A DNA stretch of 64,000 bases. It comes from Potamilus streckersoni (lineage: Eukaryota). The notes under the pieces are model-generated. The model saw nothing but the letters and a program-made list of their open reading frames with translations, made no database searches and was not told the DNA's origin. Location of the stretch: positions 2,426,807 through 2,490,806 of the forward strand of contig JAEAOA010000900.1 of the NCBI GenBank assembly GCA_016746295.1, written 5' to 3'. Position numbers and translations under genes: made by a program. Position 1 is the first letter of the stretch. Every line of letters begins with the position of its first letter. Below, piece after piece: positions 40,955 through 55,715 of the stretch.

Positions 40955-43900
40955 CTGAAATGTAATCAATTGATGACATTAACGATTAACAACTTCTTAG
41001 CAAGATTAAAAACCAACTTTACAAGCAAATTCAATGACTTTTTGTACCCTGCCTACATGGAGAAGTCATAAAAGTTCACAATCATAAAATATGATTATCG
41101 CTTTTTATTAACGGTTGTAAAATTACTTGGCAGACATTGCAAGTAACCAATCCTATTGCTGTTTTAAAGAACATTTTGGGGAAATTGCAGAAAAGTGGTT
41201 TTTAAAGATATCTTGACTCCAAAGTTGTACATGTAACAACTTTCAGTGGTGATATAAATTGTTACTGTTGTGTCTAGGTCACAATTCAGCATTACTATGA
41301 GACAGTGTCCCTCCATCTGATTTTTTTTTCAGGAATACTGAAAACTTTGAGTAGACATTAACCGTTACCCTCACTGAGTGTATGGCTTTTTCGCCCTTCG
41401 ATACGCATGTAGCAAAGTTAGCCAGTGATGAAGTCCGCTACACATAGCAGTGAAGTGCATGTTACATTTAACAGCAATTTTAACCATTTTACATTTTTGG
41501 TACACATATATTATGTATGGACATATTTAAGAGTAAAATATGGTTGTTATAGCTGTATAACTATTTTAAACAAAAGAATTTTGTATGTGCTTTAAAATCT
41601 TGAGAGAACTCGTTCACTATCAAATCAGTGAAGCTGTGTGATTAACCGTAGCGGCAATTTTTCATACTCAAAATATACAAGTTCTTTGCATCTACATCCC
41701 TAAATCAGTTGAATTTGATAATTTATAAAAACTAAGGGCTTCCTATCTCAGTCTCAGAGCTTTTACCTAAGTTATTGAAGCTTTCATAGTTGTGATTCTA
41801 CTGGTTCGAGTACTGAACGATATCAGAGACCACCATTTTGTCAAATGGAGAATAAAACCCAGTTACGACCTACTTACTTTAAATAGCAGATTGCAACCAG
41901 AGCATCAACAGAAACATCGTGATCTGACATAATGATCATTCTCTCCAATGAATGTAGTAACTAATAGGAGGTTTTTACCTGAAGGTGGCGCTACGAAAAC
42001 CTGCTCAAAATGGCTGCTGTTTACAGTGTTGCCAAAAGGCGCTTATATTGACATCTGCTAAAGTGCAAATGGTATGTTGGCAGAGGGCCAAAAGGTGCTT
42101 ATATTAGGTAAAGGTTAAGGTACACTTTAAACTCTGTCTTATGCAAATGACCCTTAAATTTCATCACTTGGGCAATAAGGTCTACTTTATGGCACCACAG
42201 CAAATAAAAATGCAATCTGTGCTCTGAAGCTAAAAGATCACTGAATCAAGTGCATTCCAAGCTTACTAAATAAGAGTATATTTGTGCTTTAAATCATTGT
42301 GTCTAATTAAAGCTACAAATACTTTGTTACAATAGACATGAATATCTTTGCAGGCAAGGAATTTGTAGAAAGCCATGCTTTAGTCAGACTCTACAGTGTG
42401 TCAAAACATACAGTATAACAATACTGTCAAAATTCACAAACCCATGATGTGAGACCTTTGATAATATGTACAGTGGTCCTCCACAAAAATACCCACCTCC
42501 CCCTGACCAGCAGCCACCCACTCTTAGGGCCTGAATCACATGACACCAAGGAGTTAGTGTTCAAAAGTACCCGTCAAGAAAGGTTACCTCTCTAACATGA
42601 CCATCAGCCAACATATTAGTTCACAAATGTAAAATTTACCCCTCACATATACATTAAATTTTAATACAAGTAATTCCATCAAAAATATTCACACAGATTT
42701 TAAATATTCAATAATTTTGTCACAGGTCATGCATGTCTGAATTTGTTGAAAAAAATGCAGCACAATCACATAACAAATGATGAAGCACATTTAATTTTCA
42801 GTACATCTCAAATCAGTAAAAGTTTGCGTTTTAAGCACAGTCCATAGAGGTCATAAGCAAAAAGTTCTTTCCTGTAAAAAGGAAGCTTTAATGGGACAGT
42901 AGAAGTGTTCCAGTCATGTTGAAAGATGAAACAATCCATCAGCTTCCATTGCTTTTTTTTAAGTTCAGTACTTAAATCTTTTGAAGGCTCTTTGTTTTAA
43001 TTGAAGATTATAGTCTTCTTTCTTTGATGAAGGGTGCATGTGTTATTAAAGTCACTGCTAAAAGACAGCTTTGGAGAACCAAACAAATACCTGTTTTTTT
43101 ATTGTGGAGGCAATCTAACAAAAATGGTATTGCATGATTGAGATTGACTTTTTACTCCTTTGCTTAATATGTTTTCATAACAATAGGTGCTTCAAAGGTA
43201 GTGTTTTCTTTGAAATTTCAGCTACTATTTTATCTGGGTACATTGTAGTTACTATTCCTCCCTGCCTATTTAATAGATATGTGAGAGCTTATTTTTTTTC
43301 TTTATTTCTGTTTTGACATTTGTGGTAGTGGAGTGATGCTGCGCTCCATCCATACATCAGAAATTTAAATAAAGAGTCAATCAACAATTGAAACACTGGT
43401 GTTCTGGTCTGATGACAGGGATTACTACAGAAAATGTGAATGTTCTAAAGGATTTAATTCTGAGTGAAAAGAAGAGGAATTTTTCTTACCATCCACATAA
43501 AATGTCAGTCATATCAATTAAAGTACTAGCAAGCCACAGAAAATCTAAGGAAAGATTAATAAAAAATGCTGCAGTTAATCTCCACAGAAATGTAAATTTG
43601 AAAAAAGCAGATATCTCAAAACATACAGTACTCATGCTAGATGTCAACATAAGGGAATTATTATATAACCATGCACTGTTAGATGCTATGTCAGCATGGA
43701 CAAGGAATTTGTTTATGTAACAATAAACAAATTTCAGTGCATTTTATATCACCTTTGAGGATATCTTTCATCTGGCCTCTGAATTCCTCCACTCCAAACC
43801 AATGGTTGTACATACAAGTTTAAACAGCCAACAATGTCATCAATAAAAAATAAATTGACAGAGGGTATATTTTGCCACCAATAAGCCCCCCCCCTACAAA

Positions 43901-46900
43901 ATTAGCCAAGCCCTGCATGATTCCTGAATAAACTTTTTACACATTATTTTTTGTACTTTTAAGAAGAAAACTATTTTTTGGGTACAAGAAGAATGCATAT
44001 AAAATTTCAGGAGCCACACCATGATCTGATGGTCTTGTGTTATTCATACCCAATCTCTTCCTTAAAATGATAATAAACTTATTTTGGTTTTCTTTGTACT
44101 TTTAAGAAAGATATTTTGCTCATGTACGAAAAACATACACAGGGACCATGTTACATCTGAATATGTGCTATAACAGAGGTCACACTGCATGTTCATTGCT
44201 CAATATGTCCAAGAAGCAGAACAGCTGTCTTGATGGGCTTTAATCCTCATAAAAATCAAAACTCTCCTTGAGGGATTAATGAAATCTTTTAATACTTGTG
44301 TTAATCCACCAGCAAATACCATATTTACAGCATGTTTTTGGACACAGGAGGTTGGGGGGAAGGGATATTTTGTTTAAATGCCTTGTAATTTTTCAGATGT
44401 TGCTCTACAATTTTTTCAACAACTTATGTCTTGAACACAATCTAAAAAGATCCGTTTTAAAGTAAAATTCACAGTGTGTTTGCCATTAATTTAACTGATA
44501 CAAATTTCCATTCATTTGGTCACTAATAAGATTGGTTGTCAGTGAAGACATGGTTACTCCTAAAACCACTTCAAGCAGGTGTGAATGTTATGACTTTGAT
44601 AAGAAACAATGACCCCTGCTTTATTTCATTAAGCAAGACATCAAAGAATCTGTAGGAATTAGTAAATTTATTGGCATTGTGCAACAAAACAAACCCCTTA
44701 TCTCTGAGGCATTATGTATCAAGGTTTAAACATAGTTGTTGTTCTACAGGTAATAAACCTCTTTGTAGACAATAAATATTAATTGTGGGTGCTGCATGTT
44801 CAGAACATCATGTGCTCTTTTAAAGAAATCCAGATGGCTGCCTTTTATTTCCAAACAAACTTGTCAATGAAATCCCACAACTTATATTAACAATTACGAA
44901 CTTGAAATCTCTGACATGCATCAAAACAATCTTGGAGCATTCAACTGTTTTGAGTTCTGCTCATTTTTAAGCTACCCTAGGCAGGGTGGGAAAAAATATG
45001 AGAGAACCACAACAGATAAATCTTTATTTTAAAAAATACCAACATATTAATCATGCCAACTCTTATATTGCAACTTGCTTGTTATTTTCACCCTTCCTAA
45101 ATTAGACATCATACATGTATTTCTACTTTATATACTACCCATAAAATATTTCAGTCATAAATATTTTTAGAATTTTAATTCCAAATCTTTTTTTTTAGTT
45201 TGTATTATTATCTTAATTACACAGAAATAAAGCTTGCATGTGTTTGTAAGGTTGATTTTAATGATCACTGATTGGCAAAGCATTAAACTGGATTGGAAGA
45301 TTACTATGGTGGTTCTTTTAGAAAATACACAGACAATTGTGGCTCTAATACATAAATGGCTGTGTTTTCTGGTGGATGGACATGCCTCAAATAGACAAAA
45401 TAGGCAAGTAAGCCAGTTTTTCATTCATTATCCCTTCCATGGTGCTAGACAAAATACTCCTTTTACTTCACTGCAGCATGTCATGTGAGCTAACGATAAC
45501 TTTTTTTTTATAGACATGAGAGAGTAGGAAACAAATTTATCTTCCCATTTGTTTTCAGACACCTAATACAAGAATTTAATATGTATTCAGACAAAAAATG
45601 TATTATTTGCTGCTGTCAGAAAACATGCTGAAAATATGGTGGTGCGCAACTAAATATGTGAAACCCTTTATAGGTAGAAAGAGATGCTTCTGACTCTTTT
45701 TCCTTTATAAAGAAGCCAAATAAAAGCATAAGGCTCTAACACTACATGGAGGTCTATTCTGATAATTCTGAGCACAGATATGACATGTACTGTAGATCTC
45801 AACAGAAACTGGAGTTACTGAAGGAAGCTAGTCCTTAGCTAGAAACACAAGTTGGCAAATAAGAAGCATGAAGTTTGCTGCTCTTGCTTAGTGAGTAAAT
45901 CACGGTATTTGGCCCAGATATGTTGAACATGGGGATCAAATTTCATTCACAGAATTTTGTCAAATCAATTTGATTTTGGTAGTTCAACACTTTGAACCTC
46001 TGAAAATGTTTTACTGAAAATAAAATGGCAAGCTTATTTTTTTTATTTACTGGAGGCAGAGAAGGTTCTGATTACAGACACTACAGGGTGAATATAACAA
46101 GCAAAGTTAGTCATGGTTTTCATTCAAACATTTAATTTTTTGTAACATAATGTGAACTCATAAACAAAAAAATAATAACTTTTATGGTGACTATACAGGT
46201 CATAGGTGGATAAAACCTTACTCTCTCACCTGCTAAAACACTATTTTAATGGAGCTTAACTTTATCAGAATATACTGCTAAAGTCATGGGAAATGGAAAA
46301 TATTACTTAGATACTGTTGTTTGAACCTGTAGGCAATAATCAACCAAATGTTCTAGTTCCAGAACTGCATATAAACTTATTTTGACATATTCTGCTTAAA
46401 TATTTTTCATTAAACAGAAATTGAAAAAGTGAATGAAGTCTTGGAAGATTGGTACATTTGTTATTAACCTGAGCCCATGAACACAGTCGTGCAATACTGA
46501 AGTTATGAACATTTCATATCAAATTATAATGCCAAGCAATCAGTATAATGCTAAATGTATGAAATTAAGTGTTTAATGAATATATACAAACAATGAAACA
46601 ATTCTCAAAAACATTTCCTGTACAATGAGATCTTCTTTCAGGTTTACAATATGGCCACTTGATTATGTTGCAGGAAGGTTACGGACACTACCATGTATTG
46701 AGTACCATAAAATATAGAAAAGTAAAAAGTAGCACAGTGAAAGTACTTGTCTTAAATGTCAAAACACAATTTTTATGGATAAGTAGCACATTTGGTACTA
46801 ACTTCTTATACCTATTAGACTTGTGTAAACATCTACATAGTTTCATAAGTTGTAATTGTAGGCATCTACATAGTTCCAGAAAGTTGTAGAGCTCCATCAT

Positions 46901-49636
46901 TGTATATTCTTACATCAACTTCAAAAACGACAGGTTTGTGAATTTTCCTCTGCTCACTCTTAACTGCATCGAGTTCATTGTTGTTGAACTTGAAATGTCC
47001 CCATTCAATGACAAGAACTGGCTCTGTCTGTGTCCCAAAAGATGCTCCTTTGGTTTAGTTAATATGTCCTGTTGATCCAACTCAGGCCAGACATAAGTTT
47101 CCAACCTTCATATACCTCACTTGAAATTCAGACCCTATTACATCAACAATTTTTGCTATGAATATGTTTGCTGGACTGTGCCTTGATGACTTTGAAGAAT
47201 CCCTCCATACTTCTAAATGACTTGGTTGAAGCCAAGGCTTTTGGAATGTACCACTTGGATGCAAATACAATTAACAGTTTTCTTTTTTTTGCAGACAATG
47301 ATGCAGTTATTGTAATGTAACTAATGTAATTTGGGGTAATACCTCTAATTCAAACACAACAATACTTTTAAAACTCCAAAAGTGGGCTTGCCATTAATGC
47401 TAGATCAATGTATTTTTTTTTTTTTGCAAATGTAAATCTTCTTAGTGGAAATATGTCAGATAACTTAACCACTGCTTCAAATACAAAGAGATCTATACTA
47501 ATAATTATGATACATTTAAATAATTTTTTTGATAACTGGAATGTGTACGAAAAATTAAAAGGTACAAAAAAATACATGAAATACGGTAGCTCATTATATC
47601 ATCGGAAATGGTGATTATTGCCGTAAAGATAGAATCCATATGAAATTTTCAAGTTCTAATTAGATGTCTCATATTATGTTTGTGGATTTTTGAGAGAAAA
47701 AGTTGTTAATACTCTGTAAATAATCAGTCTGGAGAAACAGGATCAACAAAATATGCTAAGAGGTGGCAACAGATAATAAAATAAACACCACTTAAATGTC
47801 TTGCTATGTGAAATTCACGGTCTAATCCTTTAATTTTACTTCAGTATAAACACTAGAATTGCAACATATTCTCTTATATGAAAACATGAAAATAGTCTAC
47901 CATTCGTTACATCGAAACCCTTGAGCACTTCTGTGAGAACCTAAAGAAGTGTCGGATTTGTTGCGATCAAAAACTCGGGGAAGTGTTTGTTTCATTAAAC
48001 AAAAATCAATTAAAAGACACCTGTGTTGTTTTATCACTTTGAATATGTCTTTTGTATCAAATCAAGCAAGAGAAGTACAATAAAAAAAATCAAAGGCAGC
48101 ATGCCGATAACAGCATAAGTTCTTGAGGTCATTACCGTTTTCAAAATTCATTTTATTTGACCAGTCGAAAATGGTTTCACATTCTTATGTGATATTTTTA
48201 AAATATTTTTATCACTTTTAGAGATTCCAGCACTGACATAGAATTAAACAAAATTCATTGTCTGGAGAAATACGCTCAGCGAATCAGGAAGCCGCATGTA
48301 ATTAGCCAAACCAGCTCAGAGAAAAATCACCAGTGGACAATACAGAGGCGGCTGAGAAATCAAAGAGCAAAAAAAAAATGAACAGATGTTTTGAAAATGT
48401 GAAGTGATATTTGTCAAATGTGTCACGAACTGAAAGTATTGTCGTGTTTTAATTTACATTATTTTAAATTTGTAGACCCATTAAACTGATGTTGGTAATG
48501 ACTAACCCTTGTAAAAAAAAAAAATCATTTTACTCCTACCGCAATCAAATCGACCTGTCATTTGATCGACATTGTGTTTTTTTTTTTTTAAAATTGGTGT
48601 TGATCTTGTATATAAAATTTTTTTTTGGGATCAAACAAGAATTTATCCAATTCGACACAATGATTTGTGATGTAGTACACAATGTGCGAAATCATACGTG
48701 TTAAGACAAATGAAAATGTGTGGATTATTGTTTTGATGATCTCCTCAATATCATGTAAGTTATCCTGAAATTAATGTTACTGTTTTGACACAAAAAAAAA
48801 TTAACAAAACAACAAAGTACACCACTATGAAGAAATATTCAATTTTAGTTAATCATAGCACGATTATATTCAACACTAACATGCCAAACCAACCCACCCA
48901 CCCCTTTTGCCTGTGTACGTCGATCCATTTGTCTTGTTTGTTATAGGTCCCGATAACTCGCGCCCTCGCTTATAATGCGGTCTATGTTTTTGGACCCCGT
49001 TGTGCTCGAGTTATCGAGGGAGTGTTGTAAATAGAATCTCTTCTCAAAATGAAATATGAAATTCTGCCATTACAATTAAAGAGGTAAGCTAAGATCATGT
49101 TACCTACTGCATAAATGACAGAAGATTCTCCACTTTGCATCAAAGACCTTGTAAATGGATCATCTTCCAGCCTGGCCAAGGTAGTTTGCAAACCCTCCTT
49201 ATAAACTGGTTCTGGCAATCTGAATGCTGAGAAGTGTGAAGATGAAGAATCTGCAGACTACTGAGAAGCCTAGAATGCTGTGCTGTGAAAGCAGGTCCAT
49301 CCAGTATAGTAATCATTTTGGCTCATTACCAGCAGGACAAGTACTGTATATATTTGTGTACAAGCCTATTTGCATATAAGCTAAATCCCCTCCCCCAAAA
49401 GGTAACTATATTAAAGAGTGCATGACCCATGTATAAGCCAATTCATAAAACCGAAATGACATCACAAAATACACATGCTAAGTTCTTAATACATTTCCTT
49501 TGGCAAATTACAATTCCAAAATAATTTGGATGTTAGACGATAAACTTTGAAAGAATTAGATTTTTTTAGCAAGTCTTTTGGTTGCTTTTGTGCAGTCTTT
49601 TTTTTTTTTGTTGCCTCATACAGAAATCATTCTGGT

Positions 49637-50012
49637 TCAAAAAATGTTAATACATAACTGGATAATGCAATAAATTTTGAGACATGTTGACCTGTATTTG
49701 AAGTGTTTTGCCATCTGCATAGAATGCAGACATATTTGCAGTTCTTGTGATAATAAATCCATTTTGTCGACATTCACCATAATTCTTTCAATATTCAGAA
49801 AATGAAGCGACTCCAGTCTGATACGCACTCTTTAATCTTGGTATCTCTTCTAATGTTCCTCTGCTTTTCTGCCAGTTCCATACTTGTTTCTTGTATACAC
49901 AAAATTTACATGATGCAGTATAGTTTCTATTTGCTTCAGCAAATTCAGAAACTTGAAGTCTGAATGCTGAATCATAAGCTGAATGCCATCTTTTATTTCC
50001 ACCACTATTCAA
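49637..50012 (-). pseudogene. pogo/Tigger-family transposase fragment: CENP-B/psq-type HTH DNA-binding domain
   Basis: ORF 49788-50012 encodes KRWHSAYDSAFRLQVSEFAEANRNYTASCKFCVYKKQVWNWQKSRGTLEEIPRLK. This follows the motif R.YT.EFKL.V…AEE.GNRAAAR.F.V.ES.VR.WRKQKE.L. The downstream portion is frameshifted (ORF 49637-49828). Confidence 0.5.
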
Positions 50013-50454
50013 TTTAAGTAGTGCTATACATTTCTAGAAAGAATAAACTTAAGTAACTCTTGATATTGGCTGCATCCTATTTATACTTAATCGCATAATT
50101 TTTTCATGGTTGGTTGGTTATCAAATTGTATTGATTAATTATTTTCCATTGTTTCTTTCTTTACTACCTGTGGCTTCATTCATTTACAAAATATGACTTC
50201 TTGTCAGATTGGACAATCTTGGTCTCATGTATATGGAGTCGGGGATTGTGATTTTTTTAAAAAAAATGTCACTAGCCCTGGGCCTGCATCTAAAATGACT
50301 TTTATTTAAACAATGTAGGCATACAATATATCTCACCAAATGTTCCATCATTTTTTCATTTGATCTTATGTGTATCCATTACTCAGTTATAGACATGATA
50401 CAATCATGCACATTAAACAAGTTTAAAGTGAAATATCTGTGTAAAATCAATCCA

Positions 50455-51072
50455 GACCTGCCAACTATGACAAGTCCTTCTCAGTAAGGAAGTTGATTTT
50501 TTTCCATGTAAGTTTGACCTGTTTTCAGTAAGGTGTAAAAAAAAAAAATATAAACTGCAAGTATAAAGCTAGAAAACGTAATTAAAAGTTCAGTATTCCA
50601 TTCATGCAGCAGTATTCTATTCATGCAGCGAAAATAAACATTAGGTTCAACTGAAGAAATTGTAAAATACGTGTATACATTATTTACCACTAGTACAGAT
50701 GCACAAACTCAAGTTCCAACCTCTATTCAGCTGAATGGCTTGTTGCTGTCTCTCAACAAGACATTATTCTTATATTTTACCATTAAACATGACAAAATCA
50801 TATCTCCCACCACGAGTCATAATTAAATTGGCATGTGATGTCCAAAAACGTAATTGTGTCCATCTCATCTTTTATTTCGAAGAATTTAAATATTCCTTTT
50901 ATTCTTCGATGTTGATTATTAACACTTTTTAAGAGGCTTTTTTTCCCTTTTGTCTTAAACATGCATTGCTTGCTGGATGCCATTTTTAAACAAATTCTAT
51001 AATCAACAGTTGGATCATGCAGGCACTTCGCATGAACAAATAGTGGCAGTTTAAAGCATCTGAGGTGCTGCT
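50455..51072 (+). repeat. Dispersed repeat of about 600 bp, copy 2 (homologous to 6667-7260)
   Basis: See copy 1; the collinear similarity is visible by eye. Confidence 0.7.
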
Positions 51073-52607
51073 GTACAATTATCTGCCTCACTCTATAACA
51101 TGTAAATTTGTTTTTTAGAAACTGCTTTAAGTAGAATTACTAATGTTTATAGAATATTCTGTCCTTGTATCTGCTGGTACTGAACACTGTATTTAAGAAC
51201 AACCAAACAGCTCTCTACAAGACTAAGCCTAACACTTACTTTTATATGAAACTGATGACTAGTATATCTTGATTAATAAGATCAGTGGACTACATTCTCA
51301 ATATCTGTTCAATTGGGATGAATCAAGGCTTCTGTTAGTAAACACTGAAAGGGATTCCAAAGTTTTGAGCATAGTTTACAGAAATTCCATTATTTTTTTT
51401 ACATGATTCATGCAATCCGCAATGACAGCAAAATCTTGCACCATAGAATTGGGTGCAAGTGTGTGATTTAGATTGTAAATGTAGCTTTAACAGCAATAGA
51501 CAGATCGCTACAATTTCTGCAGCATGGCAGTTTATAGTGATGTCTAAGTCTGAGGCATCATGCTGCAGACATGTAGCATCATGACACACCTGGTAACATT
51601 ATCCTGACACCAGGCTGACCAGTCCTAGCCCTAACCTCGTAATGCTGAGCATCAAGCAAGGCAGTTGATAGTACCGTTTTTATAAGTTTTTGGTATGAAT
51701 GCCAGGGTTCAAACAAAGGACTCCTCCACTCCAATGACACTTGATCTAGACCACAGCAGTGGTCTCATAGATTTGAAACAGTATGCACTAAATTTTCATA
51801 CAACAGACATTACCTTTCTGCAGGATCTTGACACTCTGAGCCACTCTCATCACTACTAAAGGGGTCACTACTGCAGACACTAGACTGCTGACTCTGATCT
51901 GCGCAAGGAACCATCGGACTGCATAGTACTGTAAATCAGACAAGTCATATATATTAGAATCTGTATTTAAACTATATTGAGTGTTATCCCAAGGCTACTG
52001 CTCAAGGCATGGCGCTGGTTGCCTGTCAGGATATTTTATGCCAAAAAATATCCTGAGTTGGGCCTCACCTTTATCATGGAAAAACATTTTTATGCACTCC
52101 AATGTTGCACTTATGATAATATCTGCATTGCAACAAAGAAATATGTTATTAACATCATGTTGTTTGCATATGCTGAATGTAACCATATTCCATTTAATTA
52201 AAACCACTGGAAATTTACAAGTCACAGCAGCCCCCTCCAAAGATATGGTTCATTACACTCCTAAAACAAGTGACAAAACTACATTCACTCAAACCTGTCA
52301 AAATTGGTTGTTGCACATAAGTGATTCCGGTACAGAGGTGCACCTATTAAAAAAATTTTTGAACAAATACTGTGCACCAAATGTTTTTATAATATTATCT
52401 TGACCGATTTCTGCACACTGTACAACAAAAATCTAATTACTAGTATATGTATTTCTTCCCAAAATGTATGTTCAACACAAAATTATAATCCATCCTAATA
52501 ATGAAATAATGAGCAAACCCTTTGTTTGTTTGTGCAAATAAATAAAATAAAAATATCAACTTTATTAGTCCGTTGCTCAACTAGCCAAGATTAAAACATG
52601 GTCAGTT

Positions 52608-52858
52608 GATGTTGTTCTTCTTGTTGTTGTGGAGCTCAACACCATTTTTTCAGCAAACAATAGGCTATACATGGTGGCCAGTATTTATGGTGGAACAAGA
52701 AACTGGGAAATCCTCATAAAGAACCAATGACTCACGAGAAACTATTGGCAAGCTTCATCACATAACCACATTTGCCAAATCCTAGACTCGAACCCAGAGA
52801 CAGAGGTGAAATGGCAGTGATCCATAATTGAGAGAGCTTAAGACCACTCAGGGCCCCT
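52608..52858 (-). mobile_element. tRNA-derived SINE, full-length copy (family copy B)
   Basis: The reverse complement reads ggggccctgagtggtcttaagctc…gggttcgagtctagg…ccatgtatagcctattgtttgctgaaaaaatggtgttgagctcc plus a tail. Confidence 0.7.
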
Positions 52859-53830
52859 GGTCAACTTATATGAAAAGCTTGCAATGATGAGAAAATCAGA
52901 AGCTGTACATGTATGTTCATTGTGACCCATGATGTGAAGCTTAACCTACCTTCAATAACATGCTTTGAATACTGAATGACCCCTGACCCTAATAAGAACT
53001 GGTAAGAGAGAAAACATTTTTTAAGAAATAGCTTTATATCACAAGTAAATAAAGATCTAGCTACGCCTGTAAGACTGGGACAAAAAATATATTACTACTT
53101 TACAAAATGTTCTGAGAAAAGTAGAAATAATTTGCATAACGTCTCCTTATAAAGTCTTGACACAGTTTATGTCAGCCCAAAATTCTAAACAATTGACCTT
53201 GACCTCGTAAGATGAGGAAAAGTCAGAGGTTTACAGACATACAGATATACTTATTTGACTTTGAGGAAAAGTTTAAATTCTGTAAGTTTGCGAGGCACTT
53301 GCCCATGGACAAGTCCAAAAATTTGATACATAAAAAAATTGCTTTGTGAGAGCTATTTTGCTAACAAGTTGTCATGTTCAGATTCTAATCCTTTATGTTC
53401 TGCAAGTTGTATATCCTGCGATAATGTGAATGGTCACTATTTAAAGCAAGGTCTGATGATTCATATTGGGCAGTTTATCAAGTTGCTGACTAAATAATCT
53501 GTGTTTAAAATATTATTTTCATGAATTCTGCTGATTTTATGGTGAGGCATTAATTGTTAATACAAATTGTGAGATTTTGACAATTGTGTTTGGAAATAAA
53601 AGGCGCTTGTCTCTAGCGATTACCCACAAGGAGGATTTAGTTCAAAGACTGACTGACATTAATAAAATATATCACCCACAAGTACTGTGTATGATTTGTT
53701 ACTTACCTGATAATTGCAGCAAATCAATATATACTGACTCAGGGGTCAAGCTAGACTTAAACTGTAGGGAGAAGTGACTTCTTTTGGTCAGAACAGGGAG
53801 AAGTGGGAGCTAAACAGGAAAGTGGGAGTT

Positions 53831-53832
<2 letters not shown>

Positions 53833-53903
<71 letters not shown>
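53833..53903. repeat. (GA)35 microsatellite
   Basis: Direct reading. Confidence 0.95.
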
Positions 53904-53907
<4 letters not shown>

Positions 53908-54250
53908 TTATCTTGTTTTAATGATGTGCTCTATTTCTTGGTATGCTTTTAACAGTTTTAAGCAATGCCTTATTTTAAAGTTGAAAAATGTTATTTGTGA
54001 GTATCAATATATTTTGTATACATACAAAAAAATTATATTCATACATATTCTATTCATACTTAGTATATGTGTTTGAATTGAAGTAAATGCAGTGTATTTT
54101 GGTTGTAAAACTTAAAAAGCACATCAGAAGCTATATATGTAATTAATTTTCACTGATAGCAGTAACAAGATTAGTCTTGTAACTGCAAGTTGGTAAAAAT
54201 CTTAATAAACTACCACTTATTTTATTTACTTAATTATTTTATTTTCTTAA
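53903..54250 (+). repeat. 350-bp segment duplicated at 55253-55600, each copy immediately downstream of a microsatellite
   Basis: tgcattatcttgttttaatgatgtgctctatttcttggtatgcttttaacagttttaagcaatgcctta…attcatac…cttagtatatgtgtttgaattga…taacaagattagtcttgtaactgcaagttggtaaaaatcttaataaacta… matches 55253-55600 with small indels. Confidence 0.7.
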
Positions 54251-55252
54251 GTTTTGTGTACAATTGCAGTCAAAAAGATTTCTAGCATTCTTTGAAACAG
54301 CCCCTAATACATGTACATAGGAATAAATGCACAAGTGACTTCAAACCATACTGTTTGTCCTGGTTTCATTGTTCCCGATAAAACATTCTGTAACTATTCA
54401 TAGACAATACACTGAAGTCGATATATAAATAAACTGAAACTTTTCTCCCCAAACCGAAAATCGAAGAATTTTTCTTGCACAGAGCGAGTGCATCTATTTT
54501 TAGATGGAGGGATTTTCTCGAACTACACACTTTCTTGCTTCATTACAAAAATCCATCAAATGTTCTGCACATTTATGGCTTGTCTACCTACTGGTAATAA
54601 TGACATGCATTGGTTAAATAATATTTGCTTCATTACTATATTTTTCGTATTTTCACAGTTTAATGAAGTGGTGTATCATATATGCAGTGATATCCACCAT
54701 TAAAAGTTCAATTACAATTTCCAACTGATTTTATACAAAAAAATATACAAATACGGCCGCTAAAATCTCCATTAATTAAAAAAAGAAATTAGAAAACGCT
54801 CTTCATCGATCTAATTTTAAAAAAACAAATTACTATTTGCATATTGATGTTTAAATTTTACAACAGAATCTGGTATATTTTCATCATGGAACAATAAGCT
54901 CAACTTCATGATATTAAGCAGTGATATTTTGCTCCGGAAGAGGATTAATGGTCAGTTAGCTTTTAAAACTTGCATGTGAATGTGCAAGAATTTCTTTGTC
55001 ACCATAAGCTGATTGGTATCAACACCACGTAAATACATTTGGTGTTGGGCTACAACAGTGCCAAAACTTACTGGCAACAGCTAGGGAACATCTCAAAAGT
55101 TGTAATCTTCAGTCATATTACATCTGAAAAATCAGAGGGTGAAGTCATTTTTGCTTTCATAACAGAAAAAGGCGAAGTTTAAGTTTCTCAGGTGACTTTT
55201 TCGCCCACCTCGCCTGATAGCATGACCCCTGATATACATATATATATATATC

Positions 55253-55600
55253 TCTGCATTATCTTATTTATGTGCTCCATTTCTCAATATGCTTTTAACA
55301 GTTTTAAACAATGCCTTTTTTTTTCAAGTTTAAAAATATGTCATGTTTATTATCAACCCATTTTGTACATGTATGCAAATTATTATATTCATACCCAATC
55401 TATTCATACTTGTAGTATATGTGTTTGGATTGAGATACAGGCGAACTGGCGACATGACTTGAATGGCACATAAGAAGCTATAAATTGTAATTGATTTTAA
55501 CTGAAATTAGTAACAAGATTAGAGTCTTGTAACTTCAAGTTGGTAAAAATGCTTAATAAACTAACACTTAATTATTTTATTTTGTTTTTGTTATTGTTGT
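55253..55600 (+). repeat. Second copy of the 350-bp duplicated segment, preceded by a short (TA)n and followed directly by a SINE
   Basis: See 53903-54250. Confidence 0.7.
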
Positions 55601-55715
55601 TGCTGTGGAGCTAAACGCCATTTTTCAGCACACAATTGGAAAATCGGAAAATCACCGGAAAGAACCACAGACCCATGAGAAGCTACTGGCAAGTTCTTAG
55701 CATCAGCACATTTCA
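55588..55715 (-). mobile_element. SINE copy lacking the tRNA head (5'-truncated)
   Basis: gttattgttgttgctgtggagctaaacgccatttttcagcacac…gctactggcaagttc matches the 3' half of the family. It lies immediately next to the 350-bp duplicated segment. Confidence 0.6.

Noticed and set aside
48949-49016. Helitron 3' hairpin or transposon terminus at the cgataactcg/cgagttatcg palindrome
   Set aside because: The loop is about 40 nt, too long for a Helitron hairpin. No CTRR end or matching second terminus was found. Kept only as a short recurring motif (also at 59896).
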